64,000 bases of DNA from Eledone cirrhosa (Eukaryota). Location of the stretch: NCBI GenBank assembly GCA_964016885.1, contig OZ024742.1:163122001-163186000 (forward strand). The letters are read 5' to 3'. Within the stretch, counting starts at the first letter, position 1; every line of letters begins with the position of its first letter. A model generated the notes under the pieces. It saw nothing but the letters and a program-made list of their open reading frames with translations. It ran no database searches and was not told the DNA's origin. This document shows, in pieces, positions 10,561 through 24,405 of the stretch. A program made the translations under genes and the position numbers.

Positions 10561-12559
10561 TTATCTCCCCCTGATTTTTTTTTACAAATTATCTCCCCCT
10601 GATTTTTTTTTACAAATTATCTACCCCTAATTTTTTTTTACAAATTATCTCCCCCTGATTTTTTTTACAAATTATCTCCCCCTGATTTTTTTTTTACAAA
10701 TTATCTCCCCCTGATTTTTTTACAAATTATCTCCCCCTGATTTTTTTTACAAATTATCTCCGCCTGATTTTTTTAAATATTATCTTCTCTTGGCTGGCGG
10801 GAAATTATCTCCCCTTGGACGGCTGAAAATTATCTCCCCTTGGACGGCTGGAAATTATCTCCCCTTGATTTTTTTTACAAATTATCTCCCCCTGATTTTT
10901 TTTACAAATTATCTCCCCCTGATTTTTTTTTACAAATTATCTCCCCCTGATTTTTTTTTACAAATTATCTCCCCCTGATTTTTTTTACAAATTATCTCCC
11001 CCTGATTTTTTTACAAATTATCTCCCCTTGGCTGGCTGGAAATTATCTCCCCTTGGAGGCTGGAATTTATCTCCCCTTGGACGGCTAGAAATTACCTCTC
11101 CTTGGACGGCTGGAAAATATGTCCTTGGACGGCTGGATATTATCTACCCTTGGACGGCTGGAAATTATCTCCCCTTGGACGGCTGGAAATTATCTCCCCT
11201 TGGACGGCTAGATATTACCTCCCCTTGGACGGCTGGAAATTATCTCCCCTTGATTTTTTTTACAAATTATCTCCCCCTGATTTTTTTTTACAAATTATCT
11301 CCCCCTGATTTTTTTTTACAAATTATCTACCCCTGATTTTTTTTTACAAATTATCTCCCCCTGATTTTTTTTACAAATTATCTCTCCCTGATCTTTTTTT
11401 ACAAATTATCTCCCCCTGATTTTTTTTTACCAATTATCTACCCCTGATTTTTTTTTACAAATTATCTCCCCCTGATTTTTTTAACAAATTATCTCCCCCT
11501 GATTTTTTTTACAAATTATCTCCCCCTGATTTTTTTACAAATTATCTCCCCCCGATTTTTTTTACAAATTATATCCGCCTAATTTTTTTAAATATTATCT
11601 TCCCTTGGCTGGCGGGAAATTATCTCCCCTTGGACGGCTGAAAATTATCTCCCCTTGGACGGCTGGAAATTATCTCCCCTTGATTTTTTTACAAATTATC
11701 TCAGCCTGATTATTTTTTACAAATTATCTCCCCCTGATTTTTTTTTACAAATTATCTCCCTCTGATTTTTTTTACAAATTATCTCCCCTTGGCTGGCTGG
11801 AAATTATCTCCCCTTGGAGGCTGGAATTTATCTCCCCTTGGACGGTTAGAAATTACCTCTCCTTGGACTGCTGGAAAATATGTCTCCTTGGACGGCTGGA
11901 AATTATCTCCCCTTGGACGGCTGGAAATTATCTCCCCTTGGACGGCTGGAAATTATCTCTCCTCGGACGACTAGAAATTACCTCTCCTTGGACAGCTGAA
12001 CATTATCTCCCCTTGGACGGCTGGAAATTATCTCCCCTTGATTTTTTTTACAAATTATCTCCCCCTGATTTTTTTTTACAAATTATCTCCCCCTGATTTT
12101 TTTTTACAAATTATCTCCCCCTGATTTTTTTTACAAATTATCTCCCCCTGATATTTTTTACAAATTATCTCCCCCTGATTTTTTTACAAATTATCTCCCC
12201 TTGGCTGGCTGGAAATTATCTCCCCTTGGAGGCTGGAATTTATCTCCCCTTGGACGGCTAGAAATTACCTCGCCTTGGACGGCTGGAAAATATGTCTCCT
12301 TGGACGGCTGGAAATTATCTCCCCTTGGACGGCTGGAAATTATCTCCCCTTGGACGGCTGGAAATTATCTCCCCTTGGACGGCTAGATATTACCTCCCCT
12401 TGGACGGCTGGAAATTATCTCCCCTTGATTTTTTTTACAAATTATCTCCCCCTGATTTTTTTTTACAAATTATCTCCCCCTGATTTTTTTTACAAATTAT
12501 CTCCCCCTGATTTTTTTTTACAAATTATTTCCCCCTGATTTTTTTACAAATTATCTCCC

Positions 12560-15500
12560 CCCTGATTTTTTTTACAATCTCCGCCTGATTTTTTTAAAAA
12601 TTATCTTCCCTTGGCTGGCGGGAAATTATCTCCCCTTGGACGGCTGGAAATTATATCCCCTTGGAAGGATGGAAATTATCTCCCCTTGGAGGGCTGGAAA
12701 TTATCTCCCCTTGGACGGCTGGAAATTATCTCCCCTTGGACAGCTGGAAATTATCTGCCCTTGATTTTGTTTTTACAAATTATCTCCCCCTGATTTTTTT
12801 TACAAATTATCTCCACCTGATTTTTTAAAAAATTATCTCCCCTTGGACGGCTGGAAATTATCTCCCCTTGATTTTTTTTACAAATTATCTCCCCCTGATT
12901 TTTTTTTACAAATTATCTCCCCCTGATTTTTTTTTACAAATTATCCTCCTGATTTTTTTTTACAAATTATCTCCCCTTGGCTGGCTGGAAATTATCTCCC
13001 CTTGGAGGCTGGAATTTATCTCCCCTTGGGCGGCTAGAAATTACCTCTCCTTGGACGGCTGGAAAATATGTCTCCTTGGACGGCTGGATATTATCTACCC
13101 TTGGACGGCTGGAAATTATCTCCCCTTGGACGGCTGGAAATTATCTCCTCTTGGACGGCTAGATATTACCTCCCCTTGGACGGCTGGAAATTATCTCCCC
13201 TTGATTTTTTTACAAATTATCTCCCCCTGATTTTTTTACAAATTATCTCCCCCTGATTTTTTTTACAAATTATCTCCGCCTAATTTTTTTAAATATTATC
13301 TTCCCTTGGCTGGCGGGAAATTATCTCCCCTTGGACGGCTGAAAATTATCTCCCCTTGGACGGCTGGAAATTATCTCCCCTTGATTTTTTTTACAAATTA
13401 TCTCCCCCTGATTTTTTTTTACAAATTATCTCCCCCTGATTTTTTTTACAAATTATCTCCCCCTGATTTTTTTTACAAATTATCTCCCCTTGGCTGGCTG
13501 GAAATTATCTCCCCTTGGAGGCTGGAATTTATCTCCCCTTGGACGGCTAGAAATTACCTCTCCTTGGACGGCTGGAAAATATGTCCTTGGACGGCTGGAT
13601 ATTATCTACCCTTGGACGGCTGGAAATTATCTCCCCTTGGACGGCTGGAAATTATCTCCCCTTGGACGGCTAGATATTACCTCCCCTTGGACGGCTGGAA
13701 ATTATCTCCCCTTGATTTTTTTTACAAATTATCTCCCCCTGATTTTTTTTTACAAATTATCTCCCCCTGATTTTTTTTTACAAATTATCTCCCCCTGATT
13801 TTTTTTTACAAATTATCTACCCCTGATTTTTTTTTACAAATTATCTCCCCCTGATTTTTTTTACAAATTATCTCCCCCTGATTTTTTTTTACAAATTATC
13901 TCCCCTTGATTTTTTTTTACAAATTATCTACCCCTGATTTTTTTTACAAATTATCTCCCCCTGATTTTTTTTACAAATTATCTCCCCCTGATTTTGTTTA
14001 CAAATTATCTCCCCCTGATTTTTTTACAAATTATCTCCCCCTGATTTTTTTTACAAATTATCTCCGCCTAATTTTTTAAATATTATCTTCCCTTGGCTGG
14101 CGGGAAATTATCTCCCCTTGGACGGCTGAAAATTATCTCCCCTTGGACGGCTGGAAATTATCTCCCCTTGATTTTTTTTACAAATTATCTCCCCCTGATT
14201 ATTTTTTACAAATTATCTCCCCCTGATTTTTTTTTACAAATTATCTCCCCCTGATTTTTTTTACAAATTATCTCCCCCTGATTTTTTTACAAATTATCTC
14301 CCCTTGGCTGGCTGGAAATTATCTCCCCTTGGAGGCTGGAATTTATCTCCCCTTGGACGGTTAGAAATTACCTCTCCTTGGACGGCTGGAAAATATGTCT
14401 CCTTGGACGGCTGGAAATTATCGCCCCTTGGACGGCTGGAAATTATCTCCCCTTGGACGGCTGGAAATTATCTCTCCTCGGACGGCTAGAAATTACCTCT
14501 CCTTGGACAGCTGAAAATTATCTCCCCTTGGACGGCTGGAAATTATCTCCCCTTGATTTTTTTTACAAATTATCTCCCCCTGATTTTTTTTTACAAATTA
14601 TCTCCCCCTGATTTTTTTTTACAAATTATCTCCCCCTGATTTTTTTTTACAAATTATCTCCCCCTGATATTTTTTACAAATTATCTCCCCCTGATTTTTT
14701 TACAAATTATCTCCCCTTGGCTGGCTGGAAATTATCTCCCCTTGGAGGCTGGAATTTATCTCCCCTTGGACGGCTAGAAATTACCTCGCCTTGGACGGCT
14801 GGAAAATATGTCTCCTTGGACGGCTGGAAATTATCTCCCCTTGGACGGCTGGAAATTATCTCCCCTTGGACGGCTGGAAATTATCTCCCCTTGGACGGCT
14901 AGATATTACCTCCCCTTGGACGGCTGGAAATTATCTCCCCTTGATTTTTTTTACAAATTATCTCCCCCTGATTTTTTTTTACAAATTATCTCCCCCTGAT
15001 TTTTTTTTACGAAGTATCTCCCCCTGATTTTTTTTTACAAATTATCTCCGCCTGATTTTTTTTTTAAAATTATCTCCCCTTGAACGGCTGGAAATTATCT
15101 CCCCTTGGACGGCTGGAAATTATCTCCCCTTGGACGGCTAGAAATTACCTCTCCTTGGACGGCTGAAAATTATCTCCCCTTGGACGGCTGCAAATTATCT
15201 CCCCTTGATTTTTTAACAAATTATCTCCCCCTGATTTTTTTTTACAAATTATCTCCCCCTGATTTTTTTTTACAAATTATCTACGCCTAATTTTTTTTAC
15301 AAATTATCTCCCCCTGATTTTTTTTACAAATTATCTCCCCCTGATTTTTTTTACAAATTATCTCCCCCTGATTTTTTTTTACAAATTATTTCCCCCTGAT
15401 TTTTTTACAAATTATCTACCCCCTGATTTTTTTTACAATCTCCGCCTGATTTTTTTAAAAATTATCTTCCCTTGGCTGGCGGGAAATTATCTCCCCTTGG

Positions 15501-18480
15501 ACGGCTGGAAATTATATCCCCTTGGAAGGATGGAAATTATCTCCTCTTGGACGGCTGGAAATTATCTCCCCTTGGACGGCTGGAAATTATCTCCCCTTGG
15601 ACAGCTGGAAATTATCTGCCCTTGATTTTGTTTTTACAAATTATCTCCCCCTGATTTTTTTTACAAATTATCTCCACCTGATTTTTTAAAAAATTATCTC
15701 CCCTTGGACGGCTGGAAATTATCTCCCCTTGATTTTTTTACAAATTATCTCCCCCTGATTTTTTTTTACAAATTATCTCCCCCTGATTTTTTTTTACAAA
15801 TTATCTCCCCCTGATTTTTTTTTACAAATTATCTCACCCTGATTTTTTTTACAAATTATCAGTCCCTGATTTTTTTACAAATTATCTCCCCTTGGCTGGC
15901 TGGAAATTATCTCCCCTTGGAGGCTGGAATTTATCTCCCCTTGGACGGCTAGAAATTACCTCTCCTTGGACGGCTGGAAAATATGTCTCCTTGGACGGCT
16001 GGATATTATCTACCCTTGGACGGCTGGAAATTATCTCCCCTTGGACGGCTGGAAATTATCTCCTCTTGGACGGCTAGATATTACCTCCCCTTGGACGGCT
16101 GGAAATTATCTCCCCTTGATTTTTTTACAAATTATCTCCCCCTGATTTTTTTACAAATTATCTCCCCCTGATTTTTTTTACAAATTATCTCCGCCTAATT
16201 TTTTTAAATATTATCTTCCCTTGGCTGGCGGGAAATTATCTCCCCTTGGACGGCTGAAAATTATCTCCCCTTGGACGGCTGGAAATTATCTCCCCTTGAT
16301 TTTTTTTACAAATTATCTCCCCCTGATTTTTTTTTACAAATTATCTCCCCCTGATTTTTTTTACAAATTATCTCCCCCTGATTTTTTTTACAAATTATCT
16401 CCCCTTGGCTGGCTGGAAATTATCTCCCCTTGGAGGCTGGAATTTATCTCCCCTTGGAAGGCTAGAAATTACCTCTCCTTGGACGGCTGGAAAATATGTC
16501 CTTGGACGGCTGGATATTATCTACCCTTGGACGGCTGGAAATTATCTCCCCTTGGACGGCTGGAAATTATCTCCCCTTGGACGGCTAGATATTACCTCCC
16601 CTTGGACGGCTGGAAATTATCTCCCCTTGATTTTTTTTACAAATTATCTCCCCCTGATTTTTTTTTACAAATTATCTCCCCCTGATTTTTTTTTACAAAT
16701 TATCTCCCCCTGATTTTTTTTTACAAATTATCTACCCCTGATTTTTTTTTACAAATTATCTCCGCCTGATTTTTTTTTACAAATTATCTCCCCTTGATTT
16801 TTTTTTACAAATTATCTACCCCTAATTTTTTTTACAAATTATCTCCCCCTGATTTTTTTTACAAATTATCTCCCCCTGATTTTGTTTACAAATTATCTCC
16901 CCCTGATTTTTTTACAAATTATCTCCCCCTGATTTTTTTTACAAATTATCTCCGCCTAATTTTTTTAAATATTATCTTCCCTTGGCTGGCGGGAAATTAT
17001 CTCCCCTTGGACGGCTGAAAATTATCTCCCCTTGGACGGCTGGAAATTATCTCCCCTTGATTTTTTTTACAAATTATCTCCCCCTGATTATTTTTTACAA
17101 ATTATCTCCCCCTGATTTTTTTTTACAAATTATCTCCCCCTGATTTTTTTTACAAATTATCTCCCCCTGATTTTTTTACAAATTATCTACCCTTGGCTGG
17201 CTGGAAATTATCTCCCCTTGGAGGCTGGAATTTATCTCCCCTTGGACGGTTAGAAATTACCTCTCCTTGGACGGCTGGAAAATATGTCTCCTTGGACGGC
17301 TGGAAATTATCGCCCCTTGGACGGCTGGAAATTACCTCCCCTTGGACGGCTGGAAATTATCTCTCCTCGGACGGCTAGAAATTACCTCTCCTTGGACAGC
17401 TGAAAATTATCTCCCCTTGGACGGCTGGAAATTATCTCCCCTTGATTTTTTTTACAAATTATCTCCCCCTGATTTTTTTTTACAAATTATCTCCCCCTGA
17501 TTTTTTTTTACAAATTATCTCCCCCTGATTTTTTTTTACAAATTATCTCCCCCTGATATTTTTTACAAATTATCTCCCCCTGATTTTTTTACAAATTATC
17601 TCCCCTTGGCTGGCTGGAAATTATCTCCCCTTGGAGGCTGGAATTTATCTCCCCTTGGACGGCTAGAAATTACCTCGCCTTGGACGGCTGGAAAATATGT
17701 CTCCTTGGACGGCTGGAAATTATCTCCCCTTGGACGGCTGGAAATTATCTCCCCTTGGACGGCTGGAAATTATCTCCCCTTGGACGGCTAGATATTACCT
17801 CCCCTTGGACGGCTGGAAATTATCTCCCCTTGATTTTTTTTACAAATTATCTCCCCCTGATTTTTTTTTACAAATTATCTCCCCCTGATTTTTTTTTACG
17901 AATTATCTCCCCCCGATTTTTTTTTACAAATTATCTCCGCCTGATTTTTTTTTAAAAATTATCTCCCCTTGAACGGCTGGAAATTATCTCCCCTTGGACG
18001 GCTGGAAATTATCTCCCCTTGGACGGCTAGAAATTACCTCTCCTTGGACGGCTGAAAATTATCTCCCCTTGGACGGCTGCAAATTATCTCCCCTTGATTT
18101 TTTAACAAATTATCTCCCCCTGATTTTTTTTTACAAATTATCTCCCCCTGATTTTTTTTTACAAATTATCTCCCCCTGATTTTTTTTTACAAATTATCTC
18201 CCCCTGATTTTTTTACAAATTATCTCCCCCTGATTTTTTTTACAATCTCCGCCTGATTTTTTAAAAAATTATCTTCCCTTGGCTGGCGGGAAATTATCTC
18301 CCCTTGGACGGCTGGAAATTATATCCCCTTGGAAGGATGGAAATTATCTCCCCTTGGACGGCTGGAAATTATCTCCCCTTGGACGGCTGGAAATTATCTC
18401 CCCTTGGACAGCTGGAAATTATCTGCCCTTGATTTTGTTTTTACAAATTATCTCCCCCTGATTTTTTTTACAAATTATCT
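12560..18480 (+). repeat. Imperfect tandem duplication, period ~2.9 kb
   Basis: ORF offsets 12977/15892, 13306/16221 and 13490/16405 are 2915. Offsets 14304/17193, 14717/17606 and 15105/17994 are 2889 (one B unit fewer). Shared variants ATTATCGCCCC and GATTTTGTTTAC. Confidence 0.85.
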
Positions 18481-21057
18481 CCACCTGATTTTTAAAAAAA
18501 TTATCTCCCCTTGGACGGCTGGAAGTTATCTCCCCTTGATTTTTTTACAAATTATCTCCCCCTGATTTTTTTTACAAATTATCTCCCCCTGATTTTTTGT
18601 TACAAATTATCTCCCCCTGATTTTTTTACAAATTATCTCCCCCTGATTTTTTTTACAAATTATCTCCCCCTGATTTTTTTAAATATTATCTTCCCTTGGC
18701 TGGCGGGAAATTATCTCCCCTTGGACGGCTGAAAATTATCTCCCCTTGGACGGCTGGAAATTATCTCCCCTTGATTTTTTTTACAAATTATCTCCCCCTG
18801 ATTTTTTTTTACAAATTATCTCCCCCTGATTTTTTTTTACAAATTATCTCCCCCTGATTTTTTTTTACAAATTATCTCCACCTGATTTTTTTTTACAAAT
18901 TATCTCCCCCTGATTTTTTTACAAATTATCTCCCCTTGGCTGGCAGGAAATTATCTCCCCTTGAAGGCTGGAATTTATCTCCCCTTGGACGGTTAGAAAT
19001 TACCTCTCCTTGGAGGGCTGGAAAATATGTCTCCTTGGACGGCTGGATATTATCTACCCTTGGACGGCTGGAAATTATCTCCCCTTGGACGGCTGGAAAT
19101 TATCTCCCCTTGGACGGCTAGATATTACCTCCCCTTGGACGGCTGGAAATTATCTCCCCTTGATTTTTTTTACAAATTATCTCCCCCTGATTTTTTTTTA
19201 CGAATTATCTCCCCCTGATTTTTTTTTACAAATTATCTCCGCCTGATTTTTTTTTTTAAATTATCTCCCCTTGAACGGCTGGAAATTATCTCCCCTTGGA
19301 CGGCTGGAAATTATCTCCCCTTGGACGGCTAGAAATTACCTCTCCTTGGACGGCTGAAAATTATCTCCCCTTGGACGGCTGCAAATTATCTCCCCTTGAT
19401 TTTTTTAACAAATTATCTCCCCCTGATTTTTTTTTACAAATTATCTCCCCCTGATTTTTTTTTACAAATTATCTACGCCTAATTTTTTTTACAAATTATC
19501 TCCCCCTGATTTTTTTTTACAAATTATCTCCCCCTGATTTTTTTTACAAATTATCTCCCCCTGATTTTTTTTTACAAATTATCTCCCCCTGCTTTTTTTA
19601 CAAATTATCTCCCCCCTGATTATTTTTACAATCTCCGCCTGATTTTTTTAAAAATTATCTTCCCTTGGCTGGCGGGAAATTATCTCCCCTTGGACGGCTG
19701 GAAATTATATCCCCTTGGAAGGATGGAAATTATCTCCCCTTGGACGGCTGGAAATTATCTCCCCTTGGACGGCTGGAAATTATCTCCCCTTGGACAGCTG
19801 GAAATTATCTGCCCTTGATTTTGTTTTTACAAATTATCTCCCCCTGATTTTTTTTACAAATTATCTCCACCTGATTTTTTAAAAAATTATCTCCCCTTGG
19901 ACGGCTGGAAATTATCTCCCCTTGATTTTTTTTACAAATTATCTCCCCCTGATTTTTTTTTACAAATTATCTCCCCCTGATTTTTTTTTACAAATTATCT
20001 CCCCCTGATTTTTTTTTACAAATTATCTCCCCCTGATTTTTTTTACAAATTATCTCCCCCTGATTTTTTTACAAATTATCTCCCCTTGGCTGGCTGGAAA
20101 TTATCTCCCCTTGGAGGCTGGAATTTATCTCCCCTTGGACGGCTAGAAATTACCTCTCCTTGGACGGCTGGAAAATATGTCCTTGGACGGCTGGATATTA
20201 TCTACCCTTGGACGGCTGGAAATTATCTCCCCTTGGACGGCTGGAAATTATCTCCCCTTGGACGGCTAGATATTACCTCCTCTTGGACGGCTGGAAATTA
20301 TCTCCCCTTGATTTTTTTTACAAATTATCTCCCCCTGATTTTTTTTTACAAATTATCTCCCCCTGATTTTTTTTACAAATTATCTACCCCTGATTTTTTT
20401 TTACAAATTATCTCCCCCTGATTTTTTTTACAAATTATCTCTCCCTGATCTTTTTTTACAAATTATCTCCCCCTGATTTTTTTTTACCAATTATCTACCC
20501 CTGATTTTTTTTTGCAAATTATCTCCCCCTGATTTTTTTTACAAATTATCTCCCCCTGATTTTTTTTACAAATTATCTCCCCCTGATTTTTTTACAAATT
20601 ATCTCCCCCCGATTTTTTTTACAAATTATATCCGCCTAATTTTTTTAAATATTATCTTCCCTTGGCTGGCGGGAAATTATCTCCCCTTGGACGGCTGAAA
20701 ATTATCTCCCCTTGGACGGCTGGAAATTATCTCCCCTTGATTTTTTTACAAATTATCTCCCCCTGATTATTTTTTACAAATTATCTCCCCCTGATTTTTT
20801 TTTACAAATTATCTCCCTCTGATTTTTTTTACAAATTATCTCCCCTTGGCTGGCTGGAAATTATCTCCCCTTGGAGGCTGGAATTTATCTCCCCTTGGAC
20901 GGTTAGAAATTACCTCTCCTTGGACTGCGGGAAAATATGTCTCCTTGGACGGCTGGAAATTATCTCCCCTTGGACGGCTGGAAATTATCTCCCCTTGGAC
21001 GGCTGGAAATTATCTCTCCTCGGACGACTAGAAATTACCTCTCCTTGGACAGCTGAA

Positions 21058-24000
21058 AATTATCTCCCCTTGGACGGCTGGAAATTATCTCCCCTTGATT
21101 TTTTTTACAAATTATCTCCCCCTGATTTTTTTTTACAAATTATCTCCCCCTGATTTTTTTTTACAAATTATCTCCCCCTGATTTTTTTTACAAATTATCT
21201 CCCCCTGATATTTTTTACAAATTATCTCCCCCTGATTTTTTTACAAATTATCTCCCCTTGGCTGGCTGGAAATTATCTCCCCTTGGAGGCTGGAATTTAT
21301 CTCCCCTTGGACGGCTAGAAATTACCTCGCCTTGGACGGCTGGAAAATATGTCTCCTTGGACGGCTGGAAATTATCTCCCCTTGGACGGTTGGAAATTAT
21401 CTCCCCTTGGACGGCTGGAAATTATCTCCCCTTGGACGGCTAGATATTACCTCCCCTTGGACGGCTGGAAATTATCTCCCCTTGATTTTTTTTACAAATT
21501 ATCTCCCCCTGATTTTTTTTTACAAATTATCTCCCTCTGATTTTTTTTACAAATTATCTCCCCCTGATTTTTTTTTACAAATTATTTCCCCCTGATTTTT
21601 TTACAAATTATCTCCCCCCTGATTTTTTTTACAATCTCCGCCTGATTTTTTTAAAAATTATCTTCCCTTGGCTGGCGGGAAATTATCTCCCCTTGGACGG
21701 CTGGAAATTATATCCCCTTGGAAGGATGGAAATTATCTCCCCTTGGACGGCTGGAAATTATCTCCCCTTGGACGGCTGGAAATTATCTCCCCTTGGACAG
21801 CTGGAAATTATCTGCCCTTGATTTTGTTTTTACAAATTATCTCCCCCTGATTTTTTTTACAAATTATCTCCACCTGATTTTTTAAAAAATTATCTCCCCT
21901 TGGACGGCTGGAAATTATCTCCCCTTGATTTTTTTTACAAATTATCTCCCCCTGATTTTTTTTTACAAATTATCTCCCCCTGATTTTTTTTTACAAATTA
22001 TCCTCCTGATTTTTTTTTACAAATTATCTCACCCTGATTTTTTTTACAAATTATCAGTCCCTGATTTTTTTACAAATTATCTCCCCTTGGCTGGCTGGAA
22101 ATTATCTCCCCTTGGAGGCTGGAATTTATCTCCCCTTGGGCGGCTAGAAATTACCTCTCCTTGGACGGCTGGAAAATATGTCTCCTTGGACGGCTGGATA
22201 TTATCTACCCTTGGACGGCTGGAAATTATCTCCCCTTGGACGGCTGGAAATTATCTCCTCTTGGACGGCTAGATATTACCTCCCCTTGGACGGCTGGAAA
22301 TTATCTCCCCTTGATTTTTTTACAAATTATCTCCCCCCTATTTTTTTACAAATTATCTCCGCCTGATTTTTTTTACAAATTATCTCCGCCTAATTTTTTT
22401 AAATATTATCTTCCCTTGGCTGGCGGGAAATTATCTCCCCTTGGACGGCTGAAAATTATCTCCCCTTGGACGGCTGCAAATTATCTCCCCTTGATTTTTT
22501 TAACAAATTATCTCCCCCTGATTTTTTTTTACAAATTATCTCCCCCTGATTTTTTTTTACAAATTATCTACGCCTAATTTTTTTTACAAATTATCTCCCC
22601 CTGATTTTTTTTTACAAATTATCTCCCCCTGATTTTTTTTACAAATTATCTCCCCCTGATTTTTTTTTACAAATTATCTCCCCCTGATTTTTTTTTACAA
22701 ATTATCTCCCCCTGATATTTTTTACAAATTATCTCCCCCTGATTTTTTTACAAATTATCTCCCCTTGGCTGGCTGGAAATTATCTCCCCTTGGACGGCTG
22801 GAAATTATCTCCCCTTGATTTTTTTTACAAATTATCTCCCCCTGATTTTTTTTTACAAATTATCTCCCCCTGATTTTTTTTTACAAATTATCTCCCCCTG
22901 ATTTTTTTTACAAATTATCTCCCCCTGATATTTTTTACAAATTATCTCCCCCTGATTTTTTTACAAATTATCTCCCCTTGGCTGGCTGGAAATTATCTCC
23001 CCTTGGAGGCTGGAATTTATCTCCCCTTGGACGGCTAGAAATTACCTCGCCTTGGACGGCTGGAAAATATGTCTCCTTGGACGGCTGGAAATTATCTCCC
23101 CTTGGACGGTTGGAAATTATCTCCCCTTGGACGGCTGGAAATTATCTCCCCTTGGACGGCTAGATATTACCTCCCCTTGGACGGCTGGAAATTATCTCCC
23201 CTTGATTTTTTTTACAAATTATCTCCCCCTGATTTTTTTTTACAAATTATCTCCCTCTGATTTTTTTTACAAATTATCTCCCCCTGATTTTTTTTTACAA
23301 ATTATTTCCCCCTGATTTTTTTACAAATTATCTCCCCCCTGATTTTTTTTACAATCTCCGCCTGATTTTTTTAAAAATTATCTTCCCTTGGCTGGCGGGA
23401 AATTATCTCCCCTTGGACGGCTGGAAATTATATCCCCTTGGAAGGATGGAAATTATCTCCCCTTGGACGGCTGGAAATTATCTCCCCTTGGACGGCTGGA
23501 AATTATCTCCCCTTGGACAGCTGGAAATTATCTGCCCTTGATTTTGTTTTTACAAATTATCTCCCCCTGATTTTTTTTACAAATTATCTCCACCTGATTT
23601 TTTAAAAAATTATCTCCCCTTGGACGGCTGGAAATTATCTCCCCTTGATTTTTTTTACAAATTATCTCCCCCTGATTTTTTTTTACAAATTATCTCCCCC
23701 TGATTTTTTTTTACAAATTATCCTCCTGATTTTTTTTTACAAATTATCTCACCCTGATTTTTTTTACAAATTATCAGTCCCTGATTTTTTTACAAATTAT
23801 CTCCCCTTGGCTGGCTGGAAATTATCTCCCCTTGGAGGCTGGAATTTATCTCCCCTTGGGCGGCTAGAAATTACCTCTCCTTGGACGGCTGGAAAATATG
23901 TCTCCTTGGACGGCTGGATATTATCTACCCTTGGACGGCTGGAAATTATCTCCCCTTGGACGGCTGGAAATTATCTCCTCTTGGACGGCTAGATATTACC

Positions 24001-24405
24001 TCCCCTTGGACGGCTGGAAATTATCTCCCCTTGATTTTTTTACAAATTATCTCCCCCCTATTTTTTTACAAATTATCTCCGCCTGATTTTTTTTACAAAT
24101 TATCTCCGCCTAATTTTTTTAAATATTATCTTCCCTTGGCTGGCGGGAAATTATCTCCCCTTGGACGGCTGAAAATTATCTCCCCTTGGACGGCTGCAAA
24201 TTATCTCCCCTTGATTTTTTTAACAAATTATCTCCCCCTGATTTTTTTTTACAAATTATCTCCCCCTGATTTTTTTTTACAAATTATCTACGCCTAATTT
24301 TTTTTACAAATTATCTCCCCCTGATTTTTTTTTACAAATTATCTCCCCCTGATTTTTTTTACAAATTATCTCCCCCTGATTTTTTTTTACAAATTATCTC
24401 CCCCT
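21058..24405 (+). repeat. Tandem duplication, period 1720 bp (~21058-22685 vs ~22778-24405)
   Basis: ORF offsets 21258/22978, 21668/23388, 21925/23645 and 22161/23881 are all 1720. Private variant GGACGGTTGG at ~21384 and ~23104. Confidence 0.93.
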